Assembly (NCBI GenBank): GCA_003693705.1
Contig: RBZT01000499.1
Location: 124,001 to 188,000, forward strand
Reading direction: 5' to 3'
Length of the DNA stretch: 64,000 nucleotides
Source of the DNA: Polymyxa betae A26-41
Lineage: Eukaryota > Protista > Endomyxa: Phytomyxea
Positions 1 to 12,893 of the stretch are shown here, in pieces. Both the position numbers and the translations under genes were made by a program. Each line of letters begins with the position of its first letter. Within the stretch, counting starts at the first letter, position 1. The notes under the pieces were generated by a model. It saw only the letters and a program-made list of their open reading frames with translations, made no database searches and was not told the DNA's origin.

Positions 1-2476
1 CAACTTGTATCGTTTTCACATTTTAAACTTCTATATAGCTTCTGCCATCTTCGATAAACAAGTGGTACCGATTCACCATGATACAGTAACATCGGAGTCA
101 ATACCGAGTAAGCATCTAGCGTCATTGAGCTAGAATTTTGCTGCTTTCGTAGAAACCTATTTATCACTGATCAGACGGACGAAAAGCGATGCGATTGACA
201 CCACATACAAAACAAGCGCTTCAAGTGCAGAATTAAGTGATTGCAGACGTTCTGATGGATTATCAATACCGTGCAGGGAGGTCGAAGGACCGACTGATCG
301 AAAATGAGCAGATGAGAACTGAAAAGCGCCCGTCTTGTAATTCAGTAGTAAATCGCGAAGACGTGTTTTGGAATGTTCGATTGAGTTCTAAATCTTTTCA
401 AAACGGATTTAGCCGATTACTGATAACAGCCGCGTACCTTGCTTTCATTTGAAGATAAATCTGCAACATCACATTCAGAAATGCCCTTCATCAGAGCATC
501 ATTTCCGCTAGCAAAGGCCATGGAGAATTCTTCAGCTGATTTTCTTACCCTGCATAAGAATATCATTAGGATCGTTTCTGATATCGCATCGCTGCATCGA
601 CCTATCCATTGGACTCGAATAAACTTGCACGCATGGATCAAAGGTTTCGCCATCTCTTGTGATCTCTTCATCAATATATCTCCGAATCTGCATCCCCAAG
701 CTCCTGGATTGCTGAACTCCAGCCTCCGTTATCTGTCCGCCCCATTTGCAAACGATTAATACAGCATCCTCTATATCTCCAATGAAAATCCATTCCGAAT
801 AACTTTTGACGGTAGGGCACAATACGTTTGTCGTCCTGTCGAATACGAATATTAGTCTCAAAGATATCGCTAGCAAGAAGAGCAGATAGACGTCTGAGTG
901 CAATCAGATGCTTCTCGTTGGTGATGTTATTCCGGCTGAGAACAGAACTAACAGCTGCAGAAAGAGCGGCCTTATCAGAGGGCGTCTGCAGGAAAACATC
1001 AGACAGAATTCCGCCCTATGTGTTATAACATGCCTTGAATTTTCCGATTGGGAGGAGATCAAGGATCTCCTGTTCAGTGGAAATAACTTTGATTTTCTGC
1101 TTCGGGCTGCGATCTGCATGCCTAAATACTCCCATGATACCAATCAGCCTTCGAGCAGAGCCTATATATGGAGCTCCTGTGTATGGGTCCTACAACCATA
1201 ACAATCTGCCAGCGGTTTTAACGCCAAATGAAAACTGACCACTTTCGCTTGAGGACACGACCTCGATATCTGACGAAGGATTCTCGCACATCTATCGTAA
1301 TACAGCGAGTTTCCTTTAACGAAAGACCACCCATTAACCTAAGCATAAAGCGCTTAGATCTGATAAAAAGCCAGATATCAACCAACATCGATAACGAACG
1401 AATGGTTTCCATTTCTGAGAATATCCAGGCCGCAAACCACTTGCTTGAAACATTTGGTGACCAATGCAGCGAACTGTGTCTCTTCAGGCGTGAGACGTTC
1501 CGTTTGACGACGTTCTCTACCGAAACGGTTACGTTCGACAATACCGTCGACCGTGGGCGACTTTCTTGATTCGCTGTGAGCATAGGATCTGGAGACAATT
1601 CTCTTTCAAAAATCGCATAACCAAAATGCAATCGGATGCAACATTACGTGCCAACTGCAAAAACTTTAATGTCTCTTCCGGTTTCAACGAACTTCTCGTA
1701 GATATACGATCCAGTTCTACGAACCGAATTATGCGGGCAGAATTCCGACGATCTGTAAATGTTCAGAAGATTGAGGCAAGCTGGAAGTTTAGAAACGGAC
1801 CTGTTTTTCACTTTTCTGAAAAGTCGTCGACATCCGCCTCCGTCTGCAACCCGTGTCATTGTTTAGTTTACAATGTTTGCCATACAAACCTGGATAATAA
1901 AGATAAATGTTGTGGTCGTCGCCCGAAACGGGTTTCTCAACGAACGGCTTGTACATTGGCTTTCCATCAATAACAATACGATCATCATACTCCTCCAGAA
2001 TCTGTTTGGATTCATTCTTCTCATCCCTGAATTGGGAAATCTGTCATCATCATGTTTTGAGGATTCGTATGCCAACCTGTTCATAACCAGGTACTCGGGA
2101 AGAGGAATATTGCTGTCTTTTAGCAGTTTATATACCTTTAACGATTATCAATTAATTGCAATGTATTGTGAGCTACCATTAGTGTCATTACGAGCCGTCT
2201 ATCCATTAAGATATATTGTAGATGAAGGTCATTGATTAGATACGGTTTCGGTTCTAATTCTGAATACGAAATGGCTTTATCCAAAGGGAATCTATGCGAA
2301 TAGAAAGCGATTAAGACTTGGACCCGTGGCCATTGCTCAATCGGCAAATCCAGAATCATTTTCTGGTCGAAGACTATGATCTCTACATCACCATACGTTC
2401 GTAGACGATCCAGAAGATCATGCATAGGTTGAGATAGGGCCTTCTTGGCCATAGCACAGACACCGATGACGACCAT
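1..2476 (-). CDS. VIP1: Inositol hexakisphosphate/diphosphoinositol-pentakisphosphate kinase (PPIP5K/Vip1), spliced, 3' end runs off the window
   Basis: N-terminus [18 protein letters not shown]...[23 protein letters not shown]-grasp segment [21 protein letters not shown]. Phosphatase motif [10 protein letters not shown] near 1100-1125. [17 protein letters not shown] still in frame near position 50. Confidence 0.93.
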
Positions 2477-2833
2477 GATGATGGTGTCGGTATATAAGCA
2501 ATATGAAGTAGCTAAAGGGCAATTATGCGTCTCTACATCAGACCGGGATTCATAGCGACTCGATTTCATTGCCATCAAACAAGCGGCAATCGTTAGACCA
2601 AACAGTATAAGCATTATGCTTAATTCATTGCTTCAATAGCACATCTGTCTGCTGATTCTTATAAAAGTTAGTGCTATTACTCCTGAAGATGGAGCTCGAT
2701 GACAATCTCTAATGTGGCAGATGGTGAGAAGCAGATATTGCAAGGTGTATACAGATCTAACGAGAAACCAATATTCGTGTTTTGTTTCAAACAGCATTAC
2801 GGCGATTAATAATTGTTGATGCAGTTTTATTGT

Positions 2834-4198
2834 TTAATAAGGGTACCTTTGGTTGGGGAATGGATTCTGCCAAGTTTCTGATCCATATTCTAACCTGGGT
2901 TCTAATGGTGCCTGAAGGTATTGGTCGTAGCGATATCCAGCGCCCTGGTAAGGAGGACGAATACCACTGCCTTCATAATATGGCGGAATTTCACTATAAG
3001 GGCCGCTTGGCAGTTCACCCGGCTGTCCTGAAGGAATCCTGGCCCCTGGGTATGGCGGCCGAATTTCTGATCGAGGCCTTCCCGAGTTATGTCCAGGAGG
3101 GGGACGACGAGTTCGCGGCTGAGGAGGACCTGCAGCTCGACGTGGCGGTTTCGTCTTCTTCTTGGCATTTCGTTCTTCCTCATCGTCCGAGTAATAGACG
3201 ATATCGGGATTCTCCTCGTCATGTTGATGTGAGGCATCAGTTCCTTTAGTATCCAACGCCGACATCTTCAAGTACTGGCAGAGTTCCTCGATGGCGAATA
3301 CCAGCGTTCCTGGAGCGATTTGTTCTAGAGGAATGCCATGATCATCACGTAGACGAACTAGATAGAATGGGCAATCAACCGGACCAATGATGTCGTCGAT
3401 CCAGCCGAGCGGGTTTCGGTCGCCAAGAGCCAGAGCGCTGCCAAGATCAACTGTAGGACTGCCCTCGTTAGCCTTAATCACCATGACGCCTTCAACAAAA
3501 GAGGAAATCATCCCGACAGCGTATAGTTTAGCATTCGCTGATAACAGCATGGTTCGTCGATCGGGAATCTCGACAGAAGCCGGATCAATCTCATTCTTGG
3601 TTCTTGGGGCTTCATCATCGTCAACAGATAACAAAACACCACCCTTCTTCTTCGGGTCGGCAATTAACCTGTCCAGGTCTTCTCGTGTTATCATCCCATC
3701 CTCATCGCTGTCGTCGTCGCTATCGTCGTCGGATTCGTCCAGACACGGATCAGAATCGGTCTCGACTTCAGCATCAGAGCTCGAAGAATTGGCACTGTCT
3801 GATTCGTTTCGATCGTTGACAGGAGGTTGGGTTAAAGCTTCTGTACCGGCTGATGCCTCAACAGCTTCGACATCGCCTGCGATATTGCTAGCGATGGGTT
3901 GCCCTGTCTCTGCCATCTCGGCTGACGAAGTCAAATCGATAACCGGAGTCTCGATACAAGTTGGTTCTTGGCCGCCAGAACTGGGCGGCTCTGGAATCTC
4001 GATATCGCCCGTATTCAACATTTCCACAGGCAATTCTTTCGTCTCTAACAAGATAAGGTTAATTTCAAAGGACGTGGATTGCACAAGACCAGTACCCGAT
4101 GGAGCTGCCGGAGCTACCGACTCTAAATCGTCAACCGATATCCTGAGATTTAGATCTGCATCCGCCGTGGTACTCATTGGCTGAATTGGGATCTGCAT
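2834..4198 (-). CDS. NAF1: H/ACA RNP assembly factor NAF1
   Basis: Intronless 454-aa ORF with an acidic N-terminus, PRTKNE, a Gar1/Naf1 domain (LGWIDDIIGPVDCPFY), KGTDASHQHDEE...YYSDDEEER, and a Pro-rich C-terminus. Confidence 0.93.
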   Translation of the reverse strand: MQIPIQPMSTTADADLNLRISVDDLESVAPAAPSGTGLVQSTSFEINLILLETKELPVEMLNTGDIEIPEPPSSGGQEPTCIETPVIDLTSSAEMAETGQPIASNIAGDVEAVEASAGTEALTQPPVNDRNESDSANSSSSDAEVETDSDPCLDESDDDSDDDSDEDGMITREDLDRLIADPKKKGGVLLSVDDDEAPRTKNEIDPASVEIPDRRTMLLSANAKLYAVGMISSFVEGVMVIKANEGSPTVDLGSALALGDRNPLGWIDDIIGPVDCPFYLVRLRDDHGIPLEQIAPGTLVFAIEELCQYLKMSALDTKGTDASHQHDEENPDIVYYSDDEEERNAKKKTKPPRRAAGPPQPRTRRPPPGHNSGRPRSEIRPPYPGARIPSGQPGELPSGPYSEIPPYYEGSGIRPPYQGAGYRYDQYLQAPLEPRLEYGSETWQNPFPNQRYPY

Positions 4199-4983
4199 AT
4201 GGAAAGCAGATCTGAAATGAGATTCTCACGGATCTTTATTCCATCATGGCGATCTCAAAAAACTGCGCTTGTCACGGTCAAATGACACATCGCAGTTTTT
4301 TTTCAGAATTTCAGAATAATCGTTGTGTTCGTTCCTCTTTTTGGTTCGATTCTGATGATTTGATTCACAAAGCAAATCCATCTGATACATCGATCATAAA
4401 CTCAGACTCTCAGAAAATATTAATTATGCTTTATAGACGATATGGTACGCCTGATGTTATTAGATCCTTCGCTTGCGTGATAGGACAAACTGATTATCAG
4501 CATACTCGAGTGTATTTACAAGTTATAGGCTATAGCAATATGTCTTAAGCAGTATCGCTAAATGGACCAATACGATACTGTATCAGGTTCGACGCCTATA
4601 AGCAAGTGGCATTTTAGCTTAATAAAAATGATCAACATCCGGCATTAACTTGAAGAATCGCAACGCAACGATGATATAAATTAATACAACAAATTGCATC
4701 TCCTTCAGCTATTTAAACCGAAAAATCACTGAAGTTGTCCAGAAGTTGGGATCAAATTTTGAATCCGAATCAGGTCGGTAATCGGTGTTTACCCAGGGAT
4801 CCAGAACCAGTGAGCAAAAGATCTCGACTATAGGACTGGCCCCGATTGATCCTGGCTATCAATTCCGAGATTCGTTGAAGGGCATTATTCAATCTCACTC
4901 CTCGATGCAGACCTCATAGAGCCAATATAACAATAGCCGTCGGTCGCATTTCTCTCTATTGACGTTATCATTAAGCGGCCTTC

Positions 4984-6649
4984 ATGGAGACAACGGCTCC
5001 AGCTCGGGTGCCTCCATCGCCACGGCCCGATTTACATCCCAGTCTGGATGGCGGTGCTGCCACCAAATCAAAGATTGAGCAGCAAATCGTGCTAAGGCTG
5101 CCAGAGCGCCTAGCCGCAGAAGTTCGTAAACGAATCGCCGATCAATCGCTGACAAATGCCTCGATTTCAATCCATCCCATCGGTCTGATTCTTTTTATTA
5201 TGTTGCCTCTCTCAATTGTTTCAGATGACAGAAATGTCATTTTCCGAGTCGAAGGGATGGGCGATTACCCTGGTACATTGGGTTAGTAAACAATGGCTGG
5301 GCTTGTCAGCAATCTAATGCGATATGAAGTTGATCTTCCCTGTATAATCGAATCATTGAAGACATGGGATGGTGCTGCCTATTATAAAAGCGCTGACGTT
5401 TGTCAGGTCGGTCGATGCATTTTAGTTGATTTCGCTTGTATTAATATCATCTCATAGATGCTGATTGTAAGGGAGATTGGAGACTCGGAAGCCCCTCCGA
5501 TTGAATACCCTTCTGGTCTCGCACCACCAACTGCGCATATTCGGGAACGAAGGTTTCGCAAGCCTCAAGTAAGTCTGATTTTTTGATCAAACTTGATCCG
5601 GATGGATTAACGTAACATATCGCAGTTCTCGAAAGAAGAAATTCAGCAGGCGGAAAGTCATTTGTGGAATATTCTCCAAGGACAGCCACAGATACATTAC
5701 GAACTTATCGAAGAAGAAGTGGAAATCGACGAAGAAGCTGCAGAAGAAGAGGAAGGTTTGTGTGGTTTTATTCGAAACTGTTTCGTTGAAATCTTGGCTG
5801 CAGAGTTTGAGTCTGGCGACGAATGGGAAGAGGAGGAGGAAGAAGACGATTCCAAGTACAGAACGACTTCAATTACAGGAAATACTGGCTCGGTTCTGAG
5901 AGGTACTCCGTTGAGCGAACCTCGAGAGACACCAATGAGCGCCCTTCAATTCGCTCCTGGTCACGACATGATGTCACCAGGAAGATTCGCTGGTCCGTTC
6001 TTCAGTCTGAAGTTCTCTGTCCTTATTGGTTAACCGTTGTCTTCCAGTTCCAAGTACCGGTCCTCATATGAGGCAGTCAACGCCAACGATGTTTCCTTCT
6101 TCTGCGATGTCATCGATTGCCCCTGGTCCGACACCGGAAGCATCTCCATTCGGAAGGCCGATTTCTACACCAGGATTCGTACGGCAGCCCTCAACTCCTG
6201 CCTCGGAGATCCCGACACCACAGCCTTCACCTGCGCCACAAGCTCCATTTTCTTATCCAAAGCCTTTCGCCCAACCACCACCGCTCCCGCCTTCTACTTC
6301 TATTGCACATCCGACTCCTATGGAGATCGTTACCGAATCGCCCACTCCTGCTGTTCCTGAAGGAGTTCCGCCAGAAGCGGGGTCTGAGCCCCATTCAGCT
6401 GAAACGTCTGTTATGGCAACTGAAGAAACTGCTGACTTGGACAAAGAGAAGTCTGCTCTTAGGCAACGACTCGAATCGGAAATCGTCGAGCTGCAAGCTC
6501 GTATTGAGGACCTTTCTGCAAAATCGCAGACTACCAATAAGATCCTTAAGAAACGATTTACAAAGAATTTGGAGGAAGCTCAGCTCGCACTTGAGCAGAA
6601 GAAAGCCGAGCTTGCTGCTCTGTTTCTGGACGGTTTAGGTTCAAATTAA
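4984..6649 (+). CDS. TAF7: TFIID subunit 7 (TAFII55 N-terminal domain), spliced
   Basis: EQQIVLRLP; after splicing LVDLPCIIESLKT..YYKSADVCQMLIV and SGLAPPTAHIRERRFRK; C-terminal coiled coil NKILKKRF. Confidence 0.9.
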
Positions 6650-6708
6650 TTATTTGAGAATTGTATAAAGTAATATTCTGTGAATGTACAAATATATCGG
6701 ACATTTGC

Positions 6709-8185
6709 TTAGGATATTGGCGATAATTTAAACAATTGGGAAAGAAACTGATTGAGGAATCTTCCAGACGGATCGAGGCTCTGCCTGAGTTGTTCAAAAT
6801 CCCTCCAACGAGGTAAAAGATCACGGGGATTCCATGTGGCTAGACAGAAATGTTTCCCGAAATGAGGGATACCATGATGCGGAAGCAGCGCTCGCTGTAG
6901 ACTTTCCATTATTTCCATGGAGCCTTTCGCCCAGGTTCCATCATGAGCCAGATACACCAAGAATCCAATATAACAAACGGGCCCGATACTAGATGGAGAC
7001 AGCCACGCTTTGGATTGTGCAGTGCAGCGAAATATGAACGGATAATGGAGTGACGATGTCCCATGTTTGGCTAGCCATTCAATCAGCGCATTTAAAGCGC
7101 CAGGCAACTGATCGATGGGAATCGCAATTTCACAATTGATCTGTGGGACTGGAATCCCTTTACAAACGATTTCATGAAGAAAACCTTTCTGATCAACCGT
7201 ATTCCTGAAACGCTCAATAGTGGCAAACTGGTTCCCTATAAGGCCGGGATCCTTCGTGTGATCTGCCATCTTTTCACTTAGCATGTCGATGGTCGCATTC
7301 AAAGTCGAATCGGCATTAGACCGAACCTGGTCGCCATCGTCTTCGTCAACTTTCCAGACATGAACCAAATTCGTATCCGGGTACCTTTCAGAAACGTGTT
7401 AACGAGATGACGAGTTTAAAATATCGAACATACCACCAGGCTTTACAAAACTCGCTTTCACGATTCCAGCTAACCCAATTCGCAGCGAACGTCTCGTATG
7501 AAACATTCAGCTTTCTACAGATAAACGACCGCAATGGGACTGTTTTGATCGTAACTGAAACAATAACGCCAAGGACGCCCAGCGATGCAATATAAGCTCC
7601 AAATTCAGCATGAGTTTCGTCAATGTTGAGTTCAGTGCCATCAGCCCGAATAATACGAAGTGATTGGACCATATCACTTAACGTACTCTGATACATTCCC
7701 TGGCCATGTGTTGCTGTACTAATAGCTCCAGCTATAGTCTGAATACCAATAACACCAGGAGAGACCGGCATCATAAGGCCATGAGCGGATAACGTCTGGA
7801 TGACGCTGTCAACAGGTGTACCAGCCCCAAATCGAGCAGTCCCTGCTTGTGCATCGAGAAATTCTAGGCCGTTGAAATTCTCCATATCAATCAGGACAGC
7901 ATCGTCATTGTTGGCATCAATGGACGCAATCGCTTCGAAGGATAGCCCCGATCCAACAACCTTGATTTGTCGATGCGAGCCTTCTCTTAAAAGATCAATA
8001 ATTTCTTTGATACAGGAGGGACGAATTATTTGTGCCTTCCTGGCTATGCTGGTTAATCCACACCAATTCATACGCACGGGATTGGTAACTGGACTAACAC
8101 CATTGACACCAACAGGTGGATACAAGTCTTCCTCGAACTGAGGTGGCTCTACCAGAAGCTTACGATTGCAGACACTTGCCGACAT
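6709..8185 (-). CDS. FAD-linked aldonolactone oxidase (L-gulonolactone/D-arabinonolactone oxidase family), 2 exons
   Basis: FAD_binding_4 domain (IKVVGSGLS, QTIAGAISTATHGQG, SLGVLGVIVSVT) and ALO C-terminal PHFGKH...LDPSGRFLN. Confidence 0.85.
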
Positions 8186-8493
8186 TTGCAACCGGAAATC
8201 ACAATGAGTTCAACTTTGAAAGTGGCCAGTTTCTAGAAGCGACCATACAGTAAGTGCATCACAACTAAGTAGCTTTAGACGTGACTCATCAGAAACATTA
8301 ACAACTGCGTCATTGCGCAAACTGGATTAGTGTTCAGTCAGTCCAACTGCAGAGCAATAGCGTTATGGGTCCAGAATTTTACCTGATGATATCTATTGTA
8401 AATTAGTAACACAGTGACAAGGGCTGCTCTCCCATGGATGCAGAACTTCCTAGCGTAACGTAAATCCTGGCATTGTGGCTGTTGTGTTGAGCT

Positions 8494-10058
8494 TTATTGG
8501 GAAGATTCTGTACATTGGCGTTTGGAGGGAGGTTCGTTCAGCGAACCGGCCGCTAATGGCACCCTGAATGTCAGACAGTACATGTCTTTCTTTGGCGCAA
8601 CTGCTCGCACCCTGATTTGTGATGAAATAAGCTACGACACGAGAAACAAGGCTTTAAAGCATACCAGTGGAATGATGGGTTGGAGATATGGCAGCCTAAA
8701 GCAGACTCTGCCTTCTATCAAACGACTTAGCAGTATGTCTAAAATTACTAACAAAATACCGAAAGTATATCGCTCTCTTTGTTCTCGGCAGCAGAGAAAC
8801 AATAAACATGAACGAGAGGGCGCCTTTCATTTTCTTCATATGCGCCCTGGAAAATATCTAAGACCTTAATCAGATACACAGATTGAACAAAATTATGATG
8901 AAGATAACCTAAAAACTCCAAGGCAATGGCTGGCAGATTCATGACGATGCAATCGAATTCTGGAACTTCACCAGACCTCTGCTTTTTCCTAGAGATGCGA
9001 AAGAATTCTCGAGCGTCTTCATTGCTCGGGATAATTTTACCATCTAGAAAGAGATCAGTCTTTGATTCACACCTATCCATCAGAGCATTACCGAGATCGT
9101 TTAATTTGATATTCTCGCGGAGATAATTGATGGAATTGGGGTTCAGATCGTTCGCGTAAACAGTACATGAATGACGCTTGGCAGCTGGAATGGCAAACGG
9201 ACCAACGCCGCAGAACAAATCACCGATAACTTGTCCAGGTGAAAACGATTTTGCAATGCGAAGGTGTTCAGTCTGAAGTCGCGAGTTCCAGTAAACCTTA
9301 AGCAATATCACAATAAGCGAGACGTTCAACACTATCCAGGCATATGGTGCTGAGCAAACCTCGCCGAAATTGAACCTGTACCGACATCCATGTTCAACGA
9401 TCTCAGTATTCAGATCTTCGATACCGCCGATAATTTCCATTTGAAACACGCGAAATTCATTCGAGATTGAGCCGACCTTGTTTACTACCGTTTTGATATT
9501 GGAAAATTTCTGTTCAAAAAAAAACACGATGAGTTGAAAGGTTGCTGTAAACAAGGTGCTTACGTCCAAGAGGATCTGAGCGATAATGTGTTTGTAAGGC
9601 AGCTGGCGATCACGCAGGTTAACATGAGCAATATGGCCAATCGTTTCATAAGCCGACACAATACAGGATTCAGGCAAGATCTCTTTCATAACTTGATCTA
9701 AAATGACGGTCAACACTCGAATCCGAACGATAAAGTTTATATAAAGTTTACCAGCAGAAAGCATGTCATAATTAAGTTTCAGCTCATATGTGGTTTCAGC
9801 AGCGTCATGGTCTTTAATGAAACACTGAATCGCTTCTGGCAGCTCGGAAGACGATTGCAATCCCTCTTTCAGAAGAATTAATCGATTGGCAGTGTCATTT
9901 GGATCTTTAGCAACGGTCAAAACTTTAGGGCGATCTATCAGGAAAGGCTTCAACGAGTCGTTGGTAAGAAACTGGCGACAGCTTCGGTTCGGAACTCGAA
10001 GTGCCAACAGTCGAATGGTTTTATCAAAAGCCGATTTTTCAAATGTAATCTGTGTCAT
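8494..10058 (-). CDS. TRM5: tRNA (guanine37-N1)-methyltransferase Trm5, spliced
   Basis: IGHIAHVNLR, VYWNSRLQTEH, DLFCGVGPFAIPA, ANDLNP, MNLP, VHVYCFS; last exon VRAVAPKKDMYCLTF ending in TAA at 8494. Confidence 0.95.
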
Positions 10059-10345
10059 ATATGACAACGACGGCAATAATGCCCTGACAAGCCTCGACCG
10101 AAACAGACTTGGAGATGATTAATTGCAAAAGCAGGAAAACAAATGACCTCTGTTTTGACATTTTTGCGCAATTATTTTAAAAGCTTCGCAAAAACTTCGA
10201 AAAAGCCCCAAAAGATTTCGAGAAATCGGTAATAAAATATAAAACCCGGATTCTGCATCCGGGTCGATGGTCGAACTTCCAATTCTGATTCAGCTATGAT
10301 ATTTTATCGTATTTTTCGGAAAGCAAAGAAAAAGTGGAGGCTTGT

Positions 10346-11398
10346 CTATAACACGTTGCGATTTGATTTTAAGACTCCTGGCAGGAGACTATTCGCATAC
10401 ATAACCGGAGAGATATCAGCGTCGCGCTCGAAAATTAAACGTTCCCAGAACTGGTGCAGATGCTTGATGCGTCGGTCCCATTCCGGATGATTGGCGATGT
10501 CGATGGCGCACTGAACACCAATGGTCAGGCCCATTTCTCGGAACATGAGCCGCCCTCGAGAGCCGCGCTCGAATCGCCCTGCTTTGAATAAACCCTCGAT
10601 GCAAGCTAAGCTGTCGCTTGCGACATTAGCGCTCCACTCTTCTTTTGGGAACCACGTGCTTAACCAAAGCGCTTCTCCAAGATCCAACTCGTCATCGCTG
10701 TTAAATGTGCAAAACTTTCGCCCAACAACATTTTCCAAATCGTGAATTGCTTGCTGCGAAAAAATCAATAATTTTACTGTCCATATCTCCTAATTTACCT
10801 GTAGAACCATTTTGTTTGTGCTGCGTTCCAGCAGAAGCTTGTATGTGACCAAAGTGTCTAACGGATCCAAATGGCCTTGGGAACGAACCATCGGGGCCGT
10901 TAGATCGACGTTCATCTTCCACCAAAGTCGCGGCCCTCCCGGTCCTGCAGATAGGAATCGCGGATGGATGGTCTCGGCAAGCTCAATAGCCCATCGATTG
11001 TATAGCTCGTCTTCCCGTGCAATTGACATTCGATTCAAAGCGAACATCCATTTCGTTAAATAGTGCAGATATTGCCCGTCGTCATTCTGATCTTCTTTGC
11101 CTATTCGAAGCCCGCCAAGTAATGGATGATCGCTGGTAGCCCTCCCCAGGCGAATATTCTGGTTCCGATATCGCCCAAGAGTATCATGAACGTCAGTAAT
11201 CAGTGCATCGGCACAATCTAAAAGCTGCCTGTCTTTCTTGTCACTTTGGTAGTATAAAGACAGGAAAGAGCATATGCCATAGGCGTCTGTCCATAGATAA
11301 CGTCTACTTCGACCAGAGAATGCTTTAGGAACCCACCCTGGGTCTCTAAAGGCTCCATAAACCTCCTTCAAAATTGATTCGACCTGTTGAGAGACCAT
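10346..11398 (-). CDS. Uncharacterised conserved RYLWTDA-family protein (probable alpha/alpha-toroid, six-hairpin glycosidase-like), 2 exons
   Basis: Motifs RYLWTDAYG, LGGLRIGK, DGQYLHYLTKWMFALNR, WKMNVDL..P.V.SQG..DPLD and RLMFREMGL, which I recall from a family of hypothetical proteins in bacteria, archaea and fungi. Confidence 0.7.
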
Positions 11399-11500
11399 AC
11401 TTGCTATCAAACAACGGAACAGTTCTTGGGCTGTGCGGTAATTCATCCGTTAATCGTGAACATGAGCCCCAAGAAATTTGGTCGAATGTCATTAAAACAT

Positions 11501-12734
11501 TTATTTTTTACCATTCTGCTTATCAGCTGATTTGACAGCATCGTTCTTTGACGCTTCTCCCTCCTTAGGGGAGCCTTCTTCTTTTTTATCGGAGTTGGTC
11601 TCTTTCTTATCTTTATTTTTGGATTCACCCGCTTCTTTATTCCGAAGCTTGTTGTTAATCAGGTCATGTAAAGCTAAGATTGCACGGATCATCGACGACA
11701 GATAAACAACCTAGAAACAGATTTAGAAATTGGGAACTGTCGGAAGTTCTTAAACCAACCATCATCTGATCATTGCTCTTGACAGCGAATGCCTTAACAA
11801 GATCTTCAACACGTAGATTGGGGGATAGATTGAAGATGTCCTGTATATGGTACAAAATCTGGGGGTTGGCAGGAAGCTTACCATTAACAACATGCTGAAG
11901 GTACACAGCCATCTCCTTCATATGCTTCTCTAAGCACTTCAGAGAATTCTCTGCAAGGATTCAAAGTTCAACTGATGATTAATTGCCAAAACAGAAGGAT
12001 ACTTTTGTGTGCGACTTGACTAGCGAGGGTGCTGACAGTCGTATCACGAATATCTCTCAAAAGATGTTCTACTCCGACTTCTTCAGCTTCAAGGGCACCA
12101 ATTTCAGAAGGAATATGAACGAATGTTTGCCGATTTTCGCTTCGCTTCTCAGCTTTCAAAACCTTAGCTAAAGGTATCTTTGGAAAATAATTGCAAACCT
12201 GCAGATTCGATAGCACAATACGCTTTGGTGGGAATTCCAAGATCGTCTTGAGGGTTCACATCAATTATGACGAGAACCGGGTTAGGGGTGTACTTTCGGA
12301 ACAGCTCGTTTATCTCCAGGTCAGCAGGGCGAATCTTCGGGCCAGTGCTGTACCACCCAACGACCTTCTCTCGAGCTAAACTCATGTTGGTAATTTACCA
12401 AAAATAATACGCTCCATTAGCACCATTGACTTTTCTGAACATTGTGTACATGTTTTCATGATAGCAGTGATCAAGAAACCAGACATTCGGGTCTTTAGGA
12501 TCCTCTTCAAAGGGCACCGCATAAGTATTAGTGATGTCCACCTTTCCCTTCGAATGTGTACCAAGAAGGACTCCAACAACACGTTTTCCCGAATCTAGAT
12601 ATAGAGCTTGTTTAGTCGGACCAGGGATACAGGCCAGCTTACTCACCTTGCGCAACACGGTTGTAATGATCAACAGTCGAAAGCAACACAAGCGGGTGCA
12701 CAATTACAATTTCGGGCAGAGTGATTGGCGCCAT
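11501..12734 (-). CDS. RPN8: 26S proteasome lid subunit Rpn8/PSMD7, spliced
   Basis: [73 protein letters not shown]. Confidence 0.97.
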
Positions 12735-12893
12735 AATCGTGATAAGCACGAGTCTAATCGTTTTATAAAAGACGGCGAATTCGTTAGGAAAAGAGGCAAC
12801 GACAGGATAAAGGGCTGCGCATCAGACATAAACTCTTCAGATTGAAAAATGTAACATTACAAGCAATCTGTTTATGAAAAGTTTCCTTGGTTT

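Noticed and set aside
1-700. Apparently truncated phosphatase domain of VIP1
   Set aside because: Vip1-like sequence (LYHGES..RRWQKL) continues to the window edge, so the gene simply extends beyond it.
3387-4184. Long plus-strand ORF (265 aa), and similar ORFs at 30123-30590 and 54565-55587
   Set aside because: Antisense shadows of NAF1, C2CD3-like and IFT54, with Ser-rich composition mirroring the real strand.
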